Below, piece after piece: positions 24,964 through 33,480 of a stretch of DNA of 36,900 nt. The translations under genes were made by a program, and so were the position numbers. The stretch's first letter is position 1; each line of letters opens with the position of its first letter. The notes beneath the pieces were generated by a model. It worked only from the letters and a program-made list of their open reading frames with translations, was not told the origin of the DNA and ran no database searches. The stretch comes from a virus (taxonomy: Duplodnaviria; Caudoviricetes). The DNA is taken from the IMG/VR virus record IMGVR_UViG_3300007734_000641, positions 1 to 36,900 of that record, one strand, 5' to 3'.

Positions 24964-26280
24964 ATGCCCCCATTGATGAAGCTCCCCGACTACGAATACC
25001 CCCGCAACGCGCTGATCAACTTTGCCCCGATCAACGACGCGGCAGACGGCTACGTGCAAAATAAACTGATGCAGCGCCGGCAAGCCAACGAGGACACGCG
25101 CCTTGGTATGGAGCAAGAGCGGCTTGGCATGGCCAAGGCCGAGAGCGCCCAACAAAGTCAAGCTCGAGAAGTTGCGCGGATCGGTAAGGAGTCCGAGGCA
25201 ATTCACGCGATGGAAGGACCGCAGCGCCAAGCTATCTGGCAACAATGGACGACGCGCAACCCGTCCGTTGCCGCGCACATGGAAAAGTTCGGCATCGACC
25301 CGAACGATCATGTAAACGGGCCGAAGTTTCTCGCTATGCAGGCGGGTAGCTTCAACCAGTTGGATCAAGACAAGACGCGGGCGCAAATCGAGGCAGATCG
25401 GGCCCGCACGGCAAGCTCATATGCATCGACAGCAGCTACCAACGCGCAAGCCCAGCAGCTCAGCCGGCAAACGCCGGAAGCGCGCGCGGCTGCGGCGGGT
25501 GAGTACGGCCTAGTCAAGGGAACGCCGGAATACAATCAGTTCGTGATCAGCGGCCAGTACGCGCCGAAATCCAGCGTCGTGACCGTCAAGGATAGCGAGC
25601 GTCCGTATGAAGTCGGCCGCGATGAAACCGGGAAAACTGTTTACAGGCCAATTGATACCGGCACAGCGCGTGAAGGGCTATCCGATCCCAAGGATAGAGC
25701 TAGCGTTGAGCACCAGCTTCGGCAGGAAATAAACGGAGTTACCAAAGATTACCGTACCGTTCGCGAGGCGCTCGGGAGCTTGGAGAAGATATCCGAGGTC
25801 AATAGCGCCGGCTCGGATATCGCATTGATCTTCTCTTATATGAAAATCCTGGACCCAAACTCGGTGGTACGCGAGACGGAATTTGCCACAGCCCAAAATG
25901 CTGCCGGCGTCCCCGATCAAGTCCGTAACGCTTTCAACCGAGCGCTGAACGGCGAGCGATTGAACCCCAATCAACGGCAAGACTTCGTTAGCGTGGCACG
26001 GCGAGTGGGTGAATCGCAGATTGGGCAATACACGCGCACTATCAATCAATATCACGGTGTCGCAAAGCGCAGCGGTGTGAACCCAAACAACGTCATTCTT
26101 GACCAGGAATTGGTGTCCCCTGATGGTCGGATTGCACCAGGTAACACGATGCGCGGCCAGACACCTCCAGACGCAAACCGTGCTTTAGGTGAAGCAAAAG
26201 CGGCCATTGCAGCCGGTGCACCGCGCGAAAAGGTCATAGAGCGACTTCGGCAAAACGGCATGCCAACGGACGGTCTGTGA
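24964..26280 (+). CDS. DNA ejection protein (gp20-like position)
   Basis: Helical Q/A-rich; DIALIFSYMKILDPNSVVRETEF motif. Confidence 0.7.
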   Translation: MPPLMKLPDYEYPRNALINFAPINDAADGYVQNKLMQRRQANEDTRLGMEQERLGMAKAESAQQSQAREVARIGKESEAIHAMEGPQRQAIWQQWTTRNPSVAAHMEKFGIDPNDHVNGPKFLAMQAGSFNQLDQDKTRAQIEADRARTASSYASTAATNAQAQQLSRQTPEARAAAAGEYGLVKGTPEYNQFVISGQYAPKSSVVTVKDSERPYEVGRDETGKTVYRPIDTGTAREGLSDPKDRASVEHQLRQEINGVTKDYRTVREALGSLEKISEVNSAGSDIALIFSYMKILDPNSVVRETEFATAQNAAGVPDQVRNAFNRALNGERLNPNQRQDFVSVARRVGESQIGQYTRTINQYHGVAKRSGVNPNNVILDQELVSPDGRIAPGNTMRGQTPPDANRALGEAKAAIAAGAPREKVIERLRQNGMPTDGL

Positions 26281-28589
26281 TGGGGATGTTTGACGATTTG
26301 ATCCCATCTGGTGGCGGTGATGTTGAGCTTCGGCAAAGCGCTGGCCAACCCAGCGCCGGCCGTTTTGCTTCGCCGCAGGTGCTTCAGACTAAGGCGCGGC
26401 CGGCTGGAATGTTTGACGATCTGATACCTGCAACTGGCCGAGATCTTGCGCGCCAGCAAATTGCGGCCGAGCCTGATCTAGGGCCTAAGCCGCTTGCATT
26501 TGGCTTGCCCATTGTCGGGCCGTATCTTGACGAGGGGATGGCCTACGTTGCTTCGGCGCCGAACTATTTCACGGGTGGCAGAGTCGGGCCAACCTACGAT
26601 CAGTCTCTTGAGCGCATCCGCGCCAGAAACGAACGCGCCGATCGGGATTGGCCCATCATTGGTGCGGCTGGCCAGATAGCAACGGGCCTCGTCACGGGCG
26701 GCGCGGTACTTAGTAAAATGCCGATGGCGGCGTCATGGCTCGGAAAGACGGCACAGGGTGCGGCTGTCGGTGGTGCCATTGGAGCAGTTGAAGGCTTTGG
26801 GCGTGGCGAAGATGATGTTGATCAACGCCTAGAAAGCGCACAAACGGGCGGCAAATGGGGCGCTGCAATTGGCGGTGCCATTCCTGCCGTTGCCCCTATT
26901 GTTGCCCCGGTCGCTGGAAGGATTGTAGACGCGGTTAGTCCGCAGGTGGCGCGATTGTTTGCTCGGTTTTCATCCCCGGGTGCCCCAACATCAGGTCCTA
27001 GACCGCAATCTGTTGGTGGCGCCGCCGCTCCACCCATGATCATGCCGCCCATCAATGGCGCCGACGCTGCCGCCGAGCAGGTGATTGCAAATCAATTGGC
27101 CCGGGCCAACGTCGATATAGGAGCCGTACGTCAGCGATTTGCCCAGGCAAGATCCGCTGTTGGTGGCCAGCAAAACGTTATGGCGCTGGTTGATGCTGAC
27201 CCAAGCCTGCAACGCTTGGCAGGCTCAGCGAAAAGACAGCAGCCAGAAGCGGGAAATATTGCGCGTTCGTTTATCTATGGCCGGCAGACGGGTGAGACGC
27301 CAACTATCGGCATGCCACCCAATACCGGCATTCCAACGCGTCAGCCGTTCACGCCTGAAGTGCCAGGCCAACAGATGGGCCAATATGAGCGCGTTCGTGA
27401 GCAGCTTCGCGAGGCAATGCAAATCCCTCGACAGTCAGCGCACCAAACGGCCGCCGCGATAGAAGCGAGTCTCGAATTGCAGTCGCGGCCTCTGTATCGG
27501 CAAACCTACCAGGCCGCGAACGGCATCGACATGGTGCCAACGATTCAGCCTCTACTACAGCAATGGCGTGCTATTGCCGCTGATCAAGTTGACCACATGG
27601 TTGGGCAAAAACTTCACGGCGCCGTCAGAACAATAGAGCGTGCACTCGCTGGCGGTAGAACCTCCCATTTTGAACGTCTGAACGCTGCCAAGATCAGCAT
27701 CGACGAAATGATCGGTCAGGCGATGAAAAGCGCCGACCGCAGATCGCCAGCACTTGCGTCGCGCTTAACCGAAATAAAGAACGAGCTTTTGGACGCCATG
27801 GATCAAGTGCCCAATGTAGGGCCGATGTATCAGCAGGCCCGCGCCATCTATGGCGGCCATAGGCAAATGGAAGAAGCACTAGAATTTGGTCAATCTGCAT
27901 TCCGTGATGGGTCTGAAGCAACAGCCGCGCACTACAACACGTTGACGCAAGGTCAGCAGCAAATGGCGCGCATTGGCCTGTTTGATAGCTTCGAGCAGAA
28001 CATCGGACGCAACAAAAAGACGAACGATATCACGCAAGTGTTTGAAAGCCCGCGCGTTCAAGAAATTCTACAAGCGGTGATGCCGTATGCTTCGTCACCT
28101 GCTACGCGGCGGTCGATTGCCGAAAACTTCGGGCGCACACTGCAAACTGAAAAGAGCTTTATTGGAACGCGCAATGAAGTTCTCGGCGGGTCTCCGACGC
28201 AGGGACGCGCTGTCGACGACGCGGCAACGAATGATTTGCATGGGCTGGTTGAAAACCTTCGTCAGACCCGCAGCCTTCGGGAAGCTGCGTTTGCTGCAAC
28301 GCAAGCTATTCTCGACAAGACATTTGGATTCCGTGCCGATACCGCAGCCTCGGTAGCTCGGCAATTATTCACGGCAAGCCCGCGTGAACTCGACAGCATA
28401 TTGCAACGGTTAGAAGCGCGCCTTGGCCCGAACCGCGCCGCGCAATTCCGCAGCCTCATGCAGCAATATGCGGCTAGTGTTTCACAATCGGCGGGGGCTG
28501 CGGCAACGTCGCAGCAGCCGCAGCCGCGACCGCAGCCCCCGGGATACGTTTCAACGACGCAGCCCCAGCCTAAGCCAAGGCAACCATGA
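26277..28589 (+). CDS. Large DNA ejection protein (gp16-like position)
   Basis: GMFDDLIP x2, Gly/Ala hydrophobic helices, long helical body. Confidence 0.7.
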   Translation: MMGMFDDLIPSGGGDVELRQSAGQPSAGRFASPQVLQTKARPAGMFDDLIPATGRDLARQQIAAEPDLGPKPLAFGLPIVGPYLDEGMAYVASAPNYFTGGRVGPTYDQSLERIRARNERADRDWPIIGAAGQIATGLVTGGAVLSKMPMAASWLGKTAQGAAVGGAIGAVEGFGRGEDDVDQRLESAQTGGKWGAAIGGAIPAVAPIVAPVAGRIVDAVSPQVARLFARFSSPGAPTSGPRPQSVGGAAAPPMIMPPINGADAAAEQVIANQLARANVDIGAVRQRFAQARSAVGGQQNVMALVDADPSLQRLAGSAKRQQPEAGNIARSFIYGRQTGETPTIGMPPNTGIPTRQPFTPEVPGQQMGQYERVREQLREAMQIPRQSAHQTAAAIEASLELQSRPLYRQTYQAANGIDMVPTIQPLLQQWRAIAADQVDHMVGQKLHGAVRTIERALAGGRTSHFERLNAAKISIDEMIGQAMKSADRRSPALASRLTEIKNELLDAMDQVPNVGPMYQQARAIYGGHRQMEEALEFGQSAFRDGSEATAAHYNTLTQGQQQMARIGLFDSFEQNIGRNKKTNDITQVFESPRVQEILQAVMPYASSPATRRSIAENFGRTLQTEKSFIGTRNEVLGGSPTQGRAVDDAATNDLHGLVENLRQTRSLREAAFAATQAILDKTFGFRADTAASVARQLFTASPRELDSILQRLEARLGPNRAAQFRSLMQQYAASVSQSAGAAATSQQPQPRPQPPGYVSTTQPQPKPRQP

Positions 28590-29469
28590 TGTTGCGCCCG
28601 TCACGGTATTCACGGATGTGCTTGCAAACTTCACGGCGCCGCTTGGTGGCCTCGCCATCGGTGCAGCCCATGAGGCGTGCCAGTTCGGCGTTGTTCACGG
28701 GGCGGCCTGCCTTTTCCAGCGCAGCGATCACGTGGGGCTTTGCCGGCCGCAACTCGACGACGTTTGCCGGGAGCGGGGCACGTTTGCCGGGTGGCGTCGG
28801 TGGGTTGCCGGGGTGCCAGCCCATCATGGCTACGGCAAACGCGGCGAGCTCGAGCGTCAACCCGAACATCGCCGGCAACACCAGCCCGACGATTTCCACG
28901 ACGTTTTCCAGCTTTGCTCCGGTGGCAAACGACAGCAAAGCAGCAATCCGGCGCTCGCCGGCATCAGGGGCGGAAACCATCAGCCTGGAAAGCCGGTGCT
29001 CATGACCGGCAACGGCGCCCTCATAAACGCCGATGGTGGCAAGCGTTGCCGGCAAACATTGCCGGCCTTCGCCGCACTTAGCCCGAGCTGTGGCAAGCAT
29101 CGCTTTGGCCGCGGCAAGGTCGCGCTCGATCGCGATACGCTGGCTGGCGACATCGGCAGCGCGGGCAATCATAACATCTCGGCTTTCGGCTTGCCGTCCA
29201 AGCGTGGCCTGGAGCGTGTAAGCGGAGCCGACAAGGGCAGCAAGCCAGATAAGCGCCATCGCCAGCCACTGCCCGTCACGGCGCGCGTAAGAGGCCAGAA
29301 TCGGCAGCGAGATGATCACAGCCCAGACAATGGGCGTGGATGCCAGAACGACGACATCGGGGGAGGGCGCGGCAAGCTCGCTCTTGAGCAGGTAGGCCGA
29401 TCCAACGCCCCATAGGGCGACAGTAACAAGTCTAGCGACCGTGCGCGGTCGTGTGGTAGAATGAGCCAT
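28570..29469 (-). CDS. Membrane protein with coiled coil and C-terminal wHTH (moron)
   Basis: 3 TMs, coiled coil with CGEGRQC, TM, then VNNAELARLMGCTDGEATKRR; antisense to the late operon. Confidence 0.8.
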   Translation of the reverse strand: MAHSTTRPRTVARLVTVALWGVGSAYLLKSELAAPSPDVVVLASTPIVWAVIISLPILASYARRDGQWLAMALIWLAALVGSAYTLQATLGRQAESRDVMIARAADVASQRIAIERDLAAAKAMLATARAKCGEGRQCLPATLATIGVYEGAVAGHEHRLSRLMVSAPDAGERRIAALLSFATGAKLENVVEIVGLVLPAMFGLTLELAAFAVAMMGWHPGNPPTPPGKRAPLPANVVELRPAKPHVIAALEKAGRPVNNAELARLMGCTDGEATKRRREVCKHIREYRDGRNIMVALA

Positions 29470-29503
29470 GGCGTTGATCCTGGAGCAACAGGGTTGATGT
29501 CTA

Positions 29504-29545
29504 GGCTTGGCCAGGTGATTCCAACACCTGCCGGGCCGTTTTTAT
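29504..29545 (+). terminator. Hairpin plus T-run; also the leader of the minus-strand moron
   Basis: GGCTTGGC-CAGGTG..CACCTG-CCGGGCC followed by GTTTTTAT. Confidence 0.5.
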
Positions 29546-29628
29546 GTTGATGCGATTTGGTTAGCATTTCAATAAGTTGCGTTGTCGAGTTGTGCTAGAG
29601 TTGCAACAGATGAAGAAGCAACCCAGAC

Positions 29629-32600
29629 ATGACCACATCCGTTGCGGTGTTCTCCCCCGGTTTCCGGGTGACGGATGCCAACGACTTACCCGTATCCGGC
29701 GCGACGATTGAATTCTACGCCGCTGGTACGACGACCCCCAAAACCGTCTATTCAGACCGTGACCTAACCGTCGCGATCGGCACGACCGTGACCTGCGACA
29801 GCGGCGGCTATCCGGCGTCGGGTGGAAATCGTGTGCTCGTTTATGTCAACGAGAACGCTTATAAGGTCATTGGCAAGACCGCGGGCGGTACTATTCTTTG
29901 GCAGCACGACGACGTGCTTGGCGCCATCGTTCCCGGCACGAGTTCGGGAAGTGGAACGGCCGACACGTTCGGGTTCAAAGTTGGCATGGTCGCGCTGACA
30001 CTGACTTCGAGCCCAGAATCGGGCTGGGTGCGCCTTACCGATGCCAAGCAATCTCTGATCAAGGCTGATTATCCAGATCTCAACTCATGGGCTAGCGCGC
30101 AGGGCTACCCGTGGGGATCTGCATCGACTACGTTCAACATCCCTCCGGCCGGCGGCTATTTTCTGAGATTCGGTTCATCGGGCTCGACGATCGATCCAAG
30201 CGGGCCGCGATCACCAGGCTCGACGCAAACCGACGCTATGCAGGGGCATCGACATAGCCATAGCCTCACCGAAAAAGTTGCACAGGTTAGCACTGCCGCG
30301 TTTGGCCTTGGATCTTCAAACAACTTTGGCACGACGCGCATTGATACGCTAGCGGTTCTCGACCCCATAACCGACGGCACGAATGGAACGCCACGAACCT
30401 CAACAGAAACGCGCGGCAAAAACGTCGCCATGTATGCTGACATGTTGGCTGTTCCAGCGTTGGTGGCATCTGGTCTTGTGGGTGCTGTCGGGCCTTCGTA
30501 CCAGTGGAACAGCTCAACCGCCGCTGCTGACGTTACGACTGGGCGGCTTGCGCTGAACAATGCCACGCTTGCCAGCGCAACGTCGTTTTATATTTCCGAG
30601 ACATCTTACAACGGATCGGCCCTCGCTACATTCCTGCAGTCTATCCCGTCAGGGTCAAAGGTCTACATTACCAAGGTAGGAACCCCGGCAACCTTCATTG
30701 CCTTCACGCTGTCAAGCACGGCGACCGACGCCGGCACATACGACAGCTTTCCGATTACGTCCGTCAGCAACGGCGGCACGCTCAGCAACGGCGACACGGT
30801 GTCGGTAGTGTTCATGCCGGCCGGCACGACTGGCTCCAACGGATCTAACGGATCTAACGGCACAGATCCCGGCATACGCTGGCTGTTCTCTGCGACAACC
30901 ACAATGGCCGACCCGAGCGCGGGCAACATCCGGCTCAACAACGCCACGCTGGCCAGCGTCACCGCTATTGCGGTGCATTACTCGAGCGGCGAGACGGGCA
31001 ACCCGTCCGTGTCCTCATTTGTGCAATCATGGGACGACAGCAGCAGCACCACGAATCGCGGGCATTTGGTCATCAAGAAAGCCAGCACCCCGCAGAATTT
31101 CGTGATCCTCAATATTACGTCTGCCATCACGGACAACACGACGTGGGGACAGTTCACGGTTGCCTATATCGGCGGGTCCGGCTCTTTCAGCGCGGCAGAT
31201 ACGCTGTCCGTTCAGTTTTACCGCACTGGCAACGCAGGAACCGGAATCGGCGATTTGCTGGCCGCAAACAACCTTTCAGACGTATCGGCCAAATATACCG
31301 CGTTTGACAATCTGAGCGTGCGCGGCGCCGATATCGCATCAGCCTCGACGATCAACCTAACGACAGCTACCGGAAACCTTGTAGACGTAACCGGCACGAC
31401 GACGATAACAGCCATCACGCTGAGCGATGGCTACCAGCGAACGGTTCGTTTCACCGGGATACTCACGCTTACGCACGGGGCGAGTTTGGTGCTGCCGAGC
31501 GGGGCCAGCATTACAACGGCGGCCGGCGACTTCGCGGTATTCCGCGGTTACGCCTCGAGCGTGGTGCGCTGCATCAGCTACACCAAGGCTGACGGAACGG
31601 CGGTTGTCAGTTCGGGCGGCAGCTCGGCTGCGGCGATCATCCCGCAGAACGTTGGGCTTGCCGTCTCTGCCTCAGCTAGCGCGCTCACCATTGCGCTGAA
31701 AGGCTCGGACGGCAACGACCCGTCCGGTTCGAATATCGTCTATCTCCCGTTCCGATCCGCCACCGGCACCACTGGCACGGAAACAACGGTCCAGGTCACG
31801 GCGGCAAACTCGCTCACGCTCTCGTCTGGCTCCACACTCGGCGTAACCAGCTCGACGGCCTTCCGGCTGTGGGTGGTGGCGTTCAACGATGCCGGCACCA
31901 TCCGCCTTGGTGCGGTCAACTGCGTCACGATGACGAGTTCACGTCCAACGGCGATCTTCGGCCTGATCGACGACAGCCTTGGATCGAGCACGGCCGAGGG
32001 TGGCGCTGGTGCCGCCGACAGTTCTGGAGTGATCTATACGGGAACAGCGGTCACCTCGAAAGCCTATCGCATCCTCGGTTATGTGGAATGGACTACATCG
32101 GGCCTTACCGCCGGCACATGGACCACGACGAACGTGGGAACGGTGCAGGTCTTGTCGCCTGGGATTCCGGCGCCAGGGATGCCAACCGGAAACCGAGCGG
32201 CCGTCGTCAAGACGGACACCTTCACGAGCACGACGACGGCCGCATATACCGATATCACTGGGTTTAGTGTGGCGATCACGCCAAAGTCGGCGGCGAACAT
32301 GGTCCGCGTGATAGGCGTCTGGAGCAACATTGCAGGCGCCTCGAATATCGCTGCGACGCAGCTTGTCCGCGGCTCCACGGCCATCGACGTTGGCGATGCC
32401 TGGACCGGCATTCAGGCGACAACGACCATCTTCCGCACAGCCGACGCGGTGTCGGTGAACAACAACGCCTGCGACTACCTGGACAATCCGGCGTCAACCT
32501 CAAGCACCACGTACAAGGTGCAGTTCTATCTTCAGGGCGACACGTTCTATTTCAATCGCTCCATTACATCAGCCGCCTCGCCTCAGCCTCGCATGTCGTC

Positions 32601-32631
32601 GTCGATTGCCGTTGAGGAGATCATGGGATGA
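29629..32631 (+). CDS. Mosaic tail fibre/tailspike (1000 aa)
   Basis: N-terminal virion-binding domain (FYAAGTTTPKTVYSD), collar domain, duplicated LNNATLAS module, Ser/Thr-rich beta domains. Confidence 0.88.
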   Translation: MTTSVAVFSPGFRVTDANDLPVSGATIEFYAAGTTTPKTVYSDRDLTVAIGTTVTCDSGGYPASGGNRVLVYVNENAYKVIGKTAGGTILWQHDDVLGAIVPGTSSGSGTADTFGFKVGMVALTLTSSPESGWVRLTDAKQSLIKADYPDLNSWASAQGYPWGSASTTFNIPPAGGYFLRFGSSGSTIDPSGPRSPGSTQTDAMQGHRHSHSLTEKVAQVSTAAFGLGSSNNFGTTRIDTLAVLDPITDGTNGTPRTSTETRGKNVAMYADMLAVPALVASGLVGAVGPSYQWNSSTAAADVTTGRLALNNATLASATSFYISETSYNGSALATFLQSIPSGSKVYITKVGTPATFIAFTLSSTATDAGTYDSFPITSVSNGGTLSNGDTVSVVFMPAGTTGSNGSNGSNGTDPGIRWLFSATTTMADPSAGNIRLNNATLASVTAIAVHYSSGETGNPSVSSFVQSWDDSSSTTNRGHLVIKKASTPQNFVILNITSAITDNTTWGQFTVAYIGGSGSFSAADTLSVQFYRTGNAGTGIGDLLAANNLSDVSAKYTAFDNLSVRGADIASASTINLTTATGNLVDVTGTTTITAITLSDGYQRTVRFTGILTLTHGASLVLPSGASITTAAGDFAVFRGYASSVVRCISYTKADGTAVVSSGGSSAAAIIPQNVGLAVSASASALTIALKGSDGNDPSGSNIVYLPFRSATGTTGTETTVQVTAANSLTLSSGSTLGVTSSTAFRLWVVAFNDAGTIRLGAVNCVTMTSSRPTAIFGLIDDSLGSSTAEGGAGAADSSGVIYTGTAVTSKAYRILGYVEWTTSGLTAGTWTTTNVGTVQVLSPGIPAPGMPTGNRAAVVKTDTFTSTTTAAYTDITGFSVAITPKSAANMVRVIGVWSNIAGASNIAATQLVRGSTAIDVGDAWTGIQATTTIFRTADAVSVNNNACDYLDNPASTSSTTYKVQFYLQGDTFYFNRSITSAASPQPRMSSSIAVEEIMG

Positions 32632-32732
32632 GCGACGAGGAGGAAGGCGGCGCCGGTATGCTCATGCTCATGGGTGGGCTTGCGCTCGCGCTAATCGCTG
32701 CCGTTTGCGCAACCGTCTACTACCTGATTTGA
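32628..32732 (+). CDS. Small single-TM protein (34 aa, not in ORF track)
   Basis: MSDEEEGGAGMLMLMGGLALALIAAVCATVYYLI; ATGA-coupled to the fibre gene. Confidence 0.5.
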   Translation: MSDEEEGGAGMLMLMGGLALALIAAVCATVYYLI

Positions 32733-32739
32733 GGGACAC

Positions 32740-33276
32740 ATGATCGTCGAAGCATTGCAGAGCCTGCGGCCTGGGGCACGGTGGAACCTTAACGGCGACA
32801 CGCTGGCGGGTCTTGATTGGGCCGATCAGCAGCAGGGACGGCCGACAGACGCCGAGATCGAGGCGGAGGCAGCGCGGCTTGTGCTGCCGACGCTGAAGGC
32901 GCAACTATCAAAAGCCGTCGATGAAGACGCTGAGCGGTTCCGCCTGCGCTACATCACGCCCGGCGCCGGCATGGCGATGACGTACATGGAAAAACGCGAT
33001 CAGGCCAACGCGGTTCACGCTATGGGGCAAGAGGCAGCAAACGCGCTGACCGAAGCGGAGCGGGTTGCTCAGTTCCCCACGCTTGCGGCATCGGTCGGCA
33101 TCGAGGCGGCAACGCTGTGGGATTGTGCGCAGCTCGTCATCGCCAAGTCGGAAGCCTGGGCCGATCTCTCTCATGTGATTGAGCGCACACGTCTGCTCGG
33201 TAAAAAATCCATCAGTGATGCGTCGGATGCAGCCTCCGCGAGGGCTGCCTACGAGGCAATTGCATGGCCAGTGTAA
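32740..33276 (+). CDS. Tail fibre assembly chaperone
   Basis: ALQSLRPGARWNL..RPTDAEIEAE (XkdW-like) plus RYITPGAGMAMTYMEK..IERTRLLGK. Confidence 0.7.
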   Translation: MIVEALQSLRPGARWNLNGDTLAGLDWADQQQGRPTDAEIEAEAARLVLPTLKAQLSKAVDEDAERFRLRYITPGAGMAMTYMEKRDQANAVHAMGQEAANALTEAERVAQFPTLAASVGIEAATLWDCAQLVIAKSEAWADLSHVIERTRLLGKKSISDASDAASARAAYEAIAWPV

Positions 33277-33479
33277 GCCCGCGGGATTGGCGGAAAGCGA
33301 AGCCAGGGACGCACACAAAGGAAGTCACGAAAGAGGCTTTGCCGGCCGAGGTGCAGGAATTGTTGCTTGAGATGGCCGACCAGATCCGCACGCTTCGCCA
33401 AGACGTTCACGAGTTACAAACCACGGTCGGCGCGTTTGGATCAGTTACCCTCAACGACCTGATGAAAAAGAGCGCCTGA
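33264..33479 (+). CDS. Hypothetical coiled-coil protein
   Basis: Fills the gap between chaperone and ART gene; RBS GAGG. Confidence 0.65.
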   Translation: MASVSPRDWRKAKPGTHTKEVTKEALPAEVQELLLEMADQIRTLRQDVHELQTTVGAFGSVTLNDLMKKSA

Positions 33480-33480
33480 C

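Noticed and set aside
24385-25386. 333-aa minus-strand ORF
   Set aside because: Antisense to two coupled ejection genes
28423-29415. 330-aa plus-strand ORF
   Set aside because: Low-complexity Arg/Gly shadow; the minus-strand TM-HTH ORF is far more protein-like
29541-29551. XerD-like half site (TTATGTTGAT) as a dif/attP mimic
   Set aside because: No XerC arm at the correct spacing
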